DNA of 64,000 nucleotides from Minisyncoccota bacterium (GTDB lineage Bacteria; Patescibacteriota; Minisyncoccia; Phycocordibacterales; UBA2100): NCBI GenBank assembly GCA_043780835.1, contig JAYWCB010000005.1, positions 125,945 to 189,944 of the forward strand, read 5' to 3'. Shown piece by piece: positions 59,034 to 64,000 of this stretch (position 1 is its first letter; each line of letters starts with the position of its first letter). The notes under the pieces were generated by a model. It saw only the letters and a program-made list of their open reading frames with translations, ran no database searches and was not told where the DNA came from. The position numbers and the translations under genes were made by a program.

Positions 59034-59115
59034 TGGGCGGAGGGAGACTCGAACTCCCAACCCTTGCGGGACTAGCTCCTAAGGCTAGCGCGTATACCAA
59101 TTCCGCCATCCGCCC
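59034..59115 (-). tRNA. tRNA-Leu (anticodon TAG), type II with long variable arm
   Basis: Reverse complement GGGCGGATGGCGGAATTGGTATACGCGCTAGCCTTAGGAGCTAGTCCCGCAAGGGTTGGGAGTTCGAGTCTCCCTCCGCCCA folds as cloverleaf (acceptor GGGCGGA/TCCGCCC, anticodon loop CTTAGGA, T-loop TTCGAGT); very close to E. coli tRNA-Leu D-arm; no encoded CCA. Confidence 0.85.
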
Positions 59116-59320
59116 ATTCTGACACGACCTGCCCTTCGTAGCTTTGGCGAAGAAGGATGCGTTGACAATAGTACCACAGTATGCTATTCTTCATATACCA
59201 ACGTTCTCGTTTTCTTTGTCTTGAGATGGCTCTCGAGACCGCTCCATAAGTCGAATTGCGGAGTGAGACTCTTGAGGTCGTCGGATTAGACACTAGAAGC
59301 CGCATTACGGCACACACTCC

Positions 59321-60532
59321 ATGTATAAACAATACTCTCGACCGGGCGGCGCTTCGCGCTCCCGTTTCGGCGGACGCTCTTCGGGCGGCCGCGCAAATTA
59401 TCCGAAAAGCCGCGCTCCGCGGCAGATGGGCCAGTACATTGATCCGGCTCGATTCATCAACAAGGCGACCGTCACAGAGGTGCAGGAGGTATTCGTACCC
59501 CAGCACAACTTCATCGACTTTGCTGTTTCTGATGAGCTGAAGAAGAACATTATCAAAAAGGGCTACGTTACACCGACGCCGATTCAAGATCGTGCGATTC
59601 CGCACGTGCTTCAGGGTTCAGACGTCATCGGCGTCGCAAACACCGGTACCGGAAAAACGGCGGCGTTTTTGATTCCGCTGATCGACAAAGTACTCAATGA
59701 CCGCTCGCAAAAAGTGCTCATTATGGTTCCAACACGTGAACTCGCAACTCAGATCGAAGACGAATTCTGGGGCTTCGCAGAATACATGCGCATCGGCGCG
59801 GTTACGTGCGTAGGCGGTGCAAATATCAGCAAGCAAATTCAAACGCTTCGTCGCAAGCCCAACTTCGTTATCGGCACACCAGGCCGCTTGAAAGATCTCA
59901 TGAGCCAGCGTGCGCTCGATCTCTCCGACTTCACCACGGTGGTGTTAGACGAGGCTGATCGCATGCTCGACATGGGTTTCATCGACGACATGCGATTTAT
60001 CCTTTCGCACATGCCAAAGCAGCGTCATACGCTCTTCTTTACCGCAACACTCTCTCGCGAAATCGAACGACTGGTTGGGGACTTCCTCAATAAGCCGGTT
60101 CAGATTTCGGTCAAAACTCGAGACACAGCGTCATCGGTTGATCAAGACGTGGTGCGCACCAACGGCAAAGACAAGCTTGATGTACTCCATGACTTACTTT
60201 CGCAGCCGGAATTCAGCCGCGTGCTGATCTTCGGTCGCACCAAACACGGTGTTGAAAAGCTTTCGAATATTCTTTCGGAACGCGGATTTAAGGCCGAATC
60301 AATTCATGGCAACAAAACACAGAGCAAGCGCGAACGCGCACTCGATGCGTTCAAAAAGGGCAGAGTGAACATTCTCGTTGCAACGGATGTGGCCGCTCGC
60401 GGTATCGACGTTGCCGACGTGACACACGTCATCAACTACGACCAGCCGACCACCTACGACGACTACGTACACCGAATCGGCCGAACCGGACGTGCAGGCA
60501 AGGGCGGCAAGGCGCTGACCTTTGTAGGCTAA
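59321..60532 (+). CDS. DEAD-box ATP-dependent RNA helicase with Arg/Gly-rich N-terminal extension
   Basis: Q-motif, GTGKT (motif I), DEAD, SAT-like TATLS, HRIGRTGRAG (motif VI). Confidence 0.85.
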   Translation: MYKQYSRPGGASRSRFGGRSSGGRANYPKSRAPRQMGQYIDPARFINKATVTEVQEVFVPQHNFIDFAVSDELKKNIIKKGYVTPTPIQDRAIPHVLQGSDVIGVANTGTGKTAAFLIPLIDKVLNDRSQKVLIMVPTRELATQIEDEFWGFAEYMRIGAVTCVGGANISKQIQTLRRKPNFVIGTPGRLKDLMSQRALDLSDFTTVVLDEADRMLDMGFIDDMRFILSHMPKQRHTLFFTATLSREIERLVGDFLNKPVQISVKTRDTASSVDQDVVRTNGKDKLDVLHDLLSQPEFSRVLIFGRTKHGVEKLSNILSERGFKAESIHGNKTQSKRERALDAFKKGRVNILVATDVAARGIDVADVTHVINYDQPTTYDDYVHRIGRTGRAGKGGKALTFVG

Positions 60533-60550
60533 TCTGGTCAGACGAAAACC

Positions 60551-60568
60551 GTGCAAGGTGACACCTTG
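60551..60568. repeat. REP-like palindrome GTGCAAGGTG-A-CACCTTG
   Basis: Inverted partner at 62342-62358. Confidence 0.45.
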
Positions 60569-60603
60569 AGTGAAAGGCTAAACCTTCCATCTGATTTCTC
60601 TCT

Positions 60604-60635
60604 AGCAAAAATCCGGCTTCGAAGCCGGATTTTTG
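60604..60635 (+). terminator. rho-independent terminator after helicase gene
   Basis: GCAAAAATCCGGCTT-CG-AAGCCGGATTTTTGC then T-run. Confidence 0.6.
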
Positions 60636-60641
60636 CTATAA
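60633..60641 (+). promoter_or_regulatory. extended -10 promoter (TGcTATAAT) ~7 nt upstream of start codon: leaderless transcript predicted
   Basis: TGCTATAAT read directly; ATG follows after TTTTTTT. Confidence 0.35.
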
Positions 60642-60648
60642 TTTTTTT

Positions 60649-61512
60649 ATGTCGCTCGAGAGGCCGCGGAAGTCGATTGGAAAATACGCGGTTGAAGAAA
60701 TACGGAAAATAAAGCTCGATCGAACACCCACACGCCTCGCATATGATATTGAGTTTCGCGAACGTCTTCCCGAGATACGCGAGTTATACAAACAGGTTGA
60801 ATATTGGCACGGAACGGGTCGTTACAGATTCGACAAAAAGGGAGAGGTATACGACATAGTGAGCGGAATCGCAAAAAATCATGCGCTCATTCCGCATGCT
60901 GACGAATGGGATCGAGCACGCGAGAAGGATGAGATTCTGACTACCTCGGTAGCGCCTTCGCGTATGTACGCTCGCCTGTACGCGGGAACGCACTGCCCGG
61001 CCGGAACGCGTATTGAAAACGAACTCGGTTCACGAGAATTATGGGGGCACTCCTTCCTTACAGTCAGTGCGCTGCGAGGTATGTTGGAGTACTGGCCACA
61101 TATTTCACAACTTCGACGTGGAGATGATTCGTCTACGTTTATACCTGGGTACAAGAACAAATCGGAAGCGTGGATAAAACAGATTTCGGCACAGGATCAC
61201 AATTTGAAAGACATTTTTCTGCATGGAACCGACATAGCTGAAAACTACCCCGTTCTTTTTGGATTTAAAAAAGGATCACTCGTTCCCACGAAGACGTCGG
61301 CCTTCATTGGATTGTTTGAAAAGCGAACAGAGCAATCAATAGCTATTGAGCAATTCACTCATGTTGAGGTGCCGTACCGTAATGTAGCGGAAACAGAACG
61401 TGTTTTCGAGGATGCTGGTGAGCATGTACGTGTGCTGCCGATTGAATGTGGGGAAGAGTACTGTCGAAAGTATTCCTTCCTGCATTTATGGAACGGTAAA
61501 CCGCTTGAATAG
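60649..61512 (+). CDS. hypothetical protein (287 aa) inserted downstream of helicase gene
   Basis: ORF between degenerate hairpin copies and followed by duplicate helicase 3' end; no domain recognised. Confidence 0.5.
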   Translation: MSLERPRKSIGKYAVEEIRKIKLDRTPTRLAYDIEFRERLPEIRELYKQVEYWHGTGRYRFDKKGEVYDIVSGIAKNHALIPHADEWDRAREKDEILTTSVAPSRMYARLYAGTHCPAGTRIENELGSRELWGHSFLTVSALRGMLEYWPHISQLRRGDDSSTFIPGYKNKSEAWIKQISAQDHNLKDIFLHGTDIAENYPVLFGFKKGSLVPTKTSAFIGLFEKRTEQSIAIEQFTHVEVPYRNVAETERVFEDAGEHVRVLPIECGEEYCRKYSFLHLWNGKPLE

Positions 61513-61540
61513 TGGAAGGCTAAACCTTCCACTTTAAGAT

Positions 61541-61608
61541 CAACCGACGACGTACACCGAATCGGTCGAGCAGGCAAAGATGGCATGGCGCTGACCTTCG
61601 TAGGTTAG
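61541..61608 (+). pseudogene. degenerate duplicate of DEAD-box helicase 3' end (last ~21 codons)
   Basis: Reads ..TDDVHRIGRAGKDGMALTFVG* versus gene end ..TYDDYVHRIGRTGRAGKGGKALTFVG*. Confidence 0.55.
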
Positions 61609-61691
61609 TTGTACTTGAAAAAACGACCCGATACGGATCGTTTTGTAATTGCTATGCAAAATTCATAATAGGTTGTATATAAATAGAGGAA

Positions 61692-62279
61692 ATGGAGGTA
61701 CCAATGTTTGACTCTCAAATCAAAGTTACCGTTGCGGCATATATGACGCGAAGCGCATATTTCACTTTGGCAGAACCGTCTATTGAACCCGTGTTCGCGA
61801 AAGATATCATCGATGGACATTCTCAGTACGTCGGCAAGCTTGGGAAGGAAGAGCAGATTGCGATGCGGCTCGCCATGATCAAACAAACGCTGCCACATGC
61901 ACATCGATTGCTGGTCGAGGAATCAGCTTCGATACTTTCCGTTGAGGCACAGAATGTGCGATACCTTATCGGGCCCGGATACGCGGTGCCAATTTACAAA
62001 AAAGTAGCACACGCGATCCATGTCTGCGCGAAAGCGAGTGACGATGAAGCCTACTTCGGTATTATCGAGATTTCAAAACGGCTTGTCACGATTGCACAGC
62101 TGCCCTGGCTTTGGGGATTTACCAATTGGCAGTGGAAGTTTAGTGAGCGTCCATTACAGTCTGCAGTGCGGGACTACTTTCAACTCATGACCGGCGTAGA
62201 AGAGCTGCAACGAACTGCAGTCGATTGGGTGCGCTCCCACGATAACCTAGCGACAGCTGCACAACGCAAGCGCGCATAG
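61692..62279 (+). CDS. hypothetical protein (195 aa)
   Basis: ORF followed by strong terminator. Confidence 0.45.
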   Translation: MEVPMFDSQIKVTVAAYMTRSAYFTLAEPSIEPVFAKDIIDGHSQYVGKLGKEEQIAMRLAMIKQTLPHAHRLLVEESASILSVEAQNVRYLIGPGYAVPIYKKVAHAIHVCAKASDDEAYFGIIEISKRLVTIAQLPWLWGFTNWQWKFSERPLQSAVRDYFQLMTGVEELQRTAVDWVRSHDNLATAAQRKRA

Positions 62280-62285
62280 TTCCTT

Positions 62286-62322
62286 ACAGCCCGAGCAATC
62301 GCTCGGGCTGTTTTCATTTTGT
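62286..62322 (+). terminator. rho-independent terminator
   Basis: CAGCCCGAGC-aatc-GCTCGGGCTG TTTTCATTTT. Confidence 0.6.
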
Positions 62323-62341
62323 AAATTTGATGAACAGCGGC

Positions 62342-62358
62342 GAGGTGTCACCTTGCAC
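62342..62358. repeat. REP-like palindrome GAGGTGTCACCTTGCAC
   Basis: Reverse complement of 60551 copy. Confidence 0.45.
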
Positions 62359-62385
62359 AAAACTTGGTCGTAGAAACAGCTCCGC

Positions 62386-63702
62386 TTATGCGGAGTTGTT
62401 TTGCGTTGGAGTGTCGGGTATTCCTTTGATCAGCGTCACGACTTCGTGCCAGAGTGACGCTGGGTCTGCCATTTGTTTTTCGGCACGTGCCCAATCGAAT
62501 TGTCCGCGAACGTATTTGCGGCTGTCGGCGATGCCTTCTTCGTGCGGTAGGTTCGACATACCGATCTCGTCGCCGTAATACATGATGGGGGAACCGGGGA
62601 GCGAATACAGAAGATTGAATGCTCTGCGCATGCCTTCGCGATCGCCGCGGAAGACACTCCCGATACGCACCGACGCAGCGTCGCCCTCGCGTTTTTTGAA
62701 ATGAAACAGACCATCGGGATCAAGGAACGCGACGAGCGCGGAGCGAATACCGGGCTCGATCGTCGTGAGTGAGATTTCGTCATGGTTGCGTAGGAATATC
62801 GCCCACCCGCAATTCTCGGGTATATCAAACGACGCATCAACCATCTGCTGTACTGCGAGCGTTTCGCCGCGCTGCAGCGCTACCCACATTTGCTCCATGA
62901 GATTGAAGTGGTATGCCATATGGCACTCGTCGCCCTCGCCAAAGAATTTCTTTGTGTCTTCAATGGATTCGTGTGCTTCAGCCAACAAAATGACTTCCGG
63001 ATATTCTGCTTCGAGTCGAGCGCGCAGGCGCTTGAGCGTTGCATGCGTTTCGGGGAGGGATCTGCAATTCGTACCTTCGCGCTTAATGAGATGCGGAGCG
63101 GCATCCAAACGAAAGCCGTCAACTCCGAGAGTGGCCCAAAATTTCATAACTGCAAACATTTCTTGGAAAACATCCTCATTGTCCCAATTCAGATCCGGCT
63201 GTTGCGCATAAAACTTCGTGTAGTAAAAATCCTGCGTCTTTGCATTGGGAGTCCATATCGAATCGTTTACATCGGGCATTGCAGGGAGTGAAAGCGGAAA
63301 CTCGGTCCCCGTATCGCTCCAGAGATAATAATTGCGCTTTTGATTTTTTTTGGAGCTTCGGGCTTCGACAAACCACCGGTGCTGACTCGATGTGTGGTTG
63401 AGGACGAGATCGGTAATAATGCGGATACCACGACTGTGCGCCTCGCGTACCATGGCTGCAAAATCATTGATCGTGCCGAGTTCAGGCCGCACGTTTCTGT
63501 AATCCGAAATATCGTATCCGTCATCGATCATGGGCGACGGGTAGTGCGGCAGTAAATGGAGGCAGTTAATCCCGAGTGATTCAAAGTACGGTAACTGTGA
63601 CGTGAGCCCCTTTAAATCCCTTGCGAACTTATCAATATAGAGTTCGTAGATTTTTGCCGATTTCCACCAGAATTTTTGGGATGTTTCTGTCTGCGTATTC
63701 AT
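62386..63702 (-). CDS. GH13 alpha-amylase-family catalytic-domain protein (trehalose synthase/alpha-glucosidase-like)
   Basis: DLVLNHTS, GVDGFRLDAAPHL, EAHE..., NHDE-like regions of GH13. Confidence 0.75.
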   Translation of the reverse strand: MNTQTETSQKFWWKSAKIYELYIDKFARDLKGLTSQLPYFESLGINCLHLLPHYPSPMIDDGYDISDYRNVRPELGTINDFAAMVREAHSRGIRIITDLVLNHTSSQHRWFVEARSSKKNQKRNYYLWSDTGTEFPLSLPAMPDVNDSIWTPNAKTQDFYYTKFYAQQPDLNWDNEDVFQEMFAVMKFWATLGVDGFRLDAAPHLIKREGTNCRSLPETHATLKRLRARLEAEYPEVILLAEAHESIEDTKKFFGEGDECHMAYHFNLMEQMWVALQRGETLAVQQMVDASFDIPENCGWAIFLRNHDEISLTTIEPGIRSALVAFLDPDGLFHFKKREGDAASVRIGSVFRGDREGMRRAFNLLYSLPGSPIMYYGDEIGMSNLPHEEGIADSRKYVRGQFDWARAEKQMADPASLWHEVVTLIKGIPDTPTQNNSA

Positions 63703-63744
63703 CTACCGATTATAGTCGCAAAGTCGATGCAATGTGTATGTAAA

Positions 63745-63782
63745 AGAAAAACCCCATCTTGCGATGGGGCTTTTCTCCTTTT
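63745..63782 (-). terminator. rho-independent terminator downstream of csp
   Basis: GCCCCATC-gcaa-GATGGGGTTTTTCTTTT on minus strand. Confidence 0.55.
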
Positions 63783-63789
63783 GATCGAA

Positions 63790-63990
63790 TTAGATCTTGC
63801 TCACCTTGAGCGCGTTCGGTCCTTTCGGACTTTCACCCACTTCAAAGCTCACCTTGTCTCCTTCGCGAAGCTGGTCGAACTGTACGTTCTGGAGCTCGTT
63901 AGAGTGGAAAAAGAGATCTTTGTCCTGACCCTCGATGGAGATGAATCCGAAGCCCTTGTCTGTAAGACGGGCGATAGTTCCTTCCTGCAT
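63790..63990 (-). CDS. cspA: cold-shock protein (CspA family)
   Basis: GTIARLTDKGFGFISIEGQDKDLFFH (RNP1/RNP2 motifs). Confidence 0.85.
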   Translation of the reverse strand: MQEGTIARLTDKGFGFISIEGQDKDLFFHSNELQNVQFDQLREGDKVSFEVGESPKGPNALKVSKI

Positions 63991-64000
63991 GGTTGGTTTT

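Noticed and set aside
60649-61512. ADP-ribosyltransferase (R/STS/ExE) reading of the inserted 287-aa protein
   Set aside because: Arg, TTS and ECGEE are present but the spacing does not fit the ART fold.
1-64000. CRISPR arrays, rRNA genes, additional tRNAs
   Set aside because: No repeat-spacer periodicity was found. Only short 2-3x mini-tandem repeats occur. A scan for T-loop-like GTTCGA/GTTCAA stems found only the tRNA-Leu at ~59034-59115.

Overview
This 64-kb window looks like part of a small bacterial genome. Several traits fit a CPR/Patescibacteria-like organism, but that is inference only. The traits are a short four-S1-domain ribosomal protein S1, a bS21 with a basic C-terminal extension, a tandem array of small signal-peptide/2-TM pilin-like paralogs, and many short or leaderless 5' regions. 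My hand-counted coordinates may be off by 1-2 nt. The coordinates of table ORFs are trusted.

Contents, left to right:

- (1) A minus-strand FNR-like oxidoreductase truncated at the window start. It is absent from the ORF track because it has no in-window stop.
- (2) A large thiol-redox and copper-homeostasis island from about 2.3 to 22.3 kb with two parts.
  - A minus-strand operon encodes a CcdA-like protein that looks circularly permuted, a TlpA/DipZ-C-like thioredoxin protein, a TrxR-like flavoprotein and a DedA protein. It lies divergent from DUF3105, DsbA and a membrane protein with an intramembrane CAAC motif.
  - A gene array of about 10.8 kb on the plus strand follows, with no obvious terminators. 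It comprises a CsoR operator, csoR, a CPH-type CopB ATPase with a His-rich/CxxC N-terminus, clpB, a degenerate Nudix protein, DUF4396, DUF305, a multicopper oxidase, membrane proteins, HXXEE and a ZIP transporter.
- (3) A structured leader RNA upstream of a secreted hypothetical protein.
- (4) A phage-derived gene trio of about 3.3 kb with no other phage genes. It is a ParB-N–DNA-methyltransferase fusion, a terminase small-subunit-like gene and a terminase large subunit. An 11-bp direct repeat brackets it, followed by a 1.4-kb highly structured non-coding stretch.
- (5) Housekeeping genes: DUF4105, MAPEG, cfa, Nudix, pyrF, pyrE, cytochrome b5-like, trxB, ftsZ, ftsA, ybeY, rpsU, hisS-like, lepB, pth, HIT, rpsA, mscL, gyrA and a DEAD-box helicase.
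- (6) An IS200/RAYT-type Y1 transposase flanked by palindromic REP-like hairpins. Related palindromes are dispersed elsewhere in the window.
- (7) Five tandem pilin-like paralogs followed by tRNA-Leu(TAG). An inverted partial copy of the tRNA 3' end sits next to it.
- (8) A single-gene insertion downstream of the DEAD-box helicase gene. It carries a degenerate duplicate of the helicase 3' end, hairpin repeats and an extended -10 promoter that would give a leaderless transcript.

No rRNA or CRISPR array was seen.
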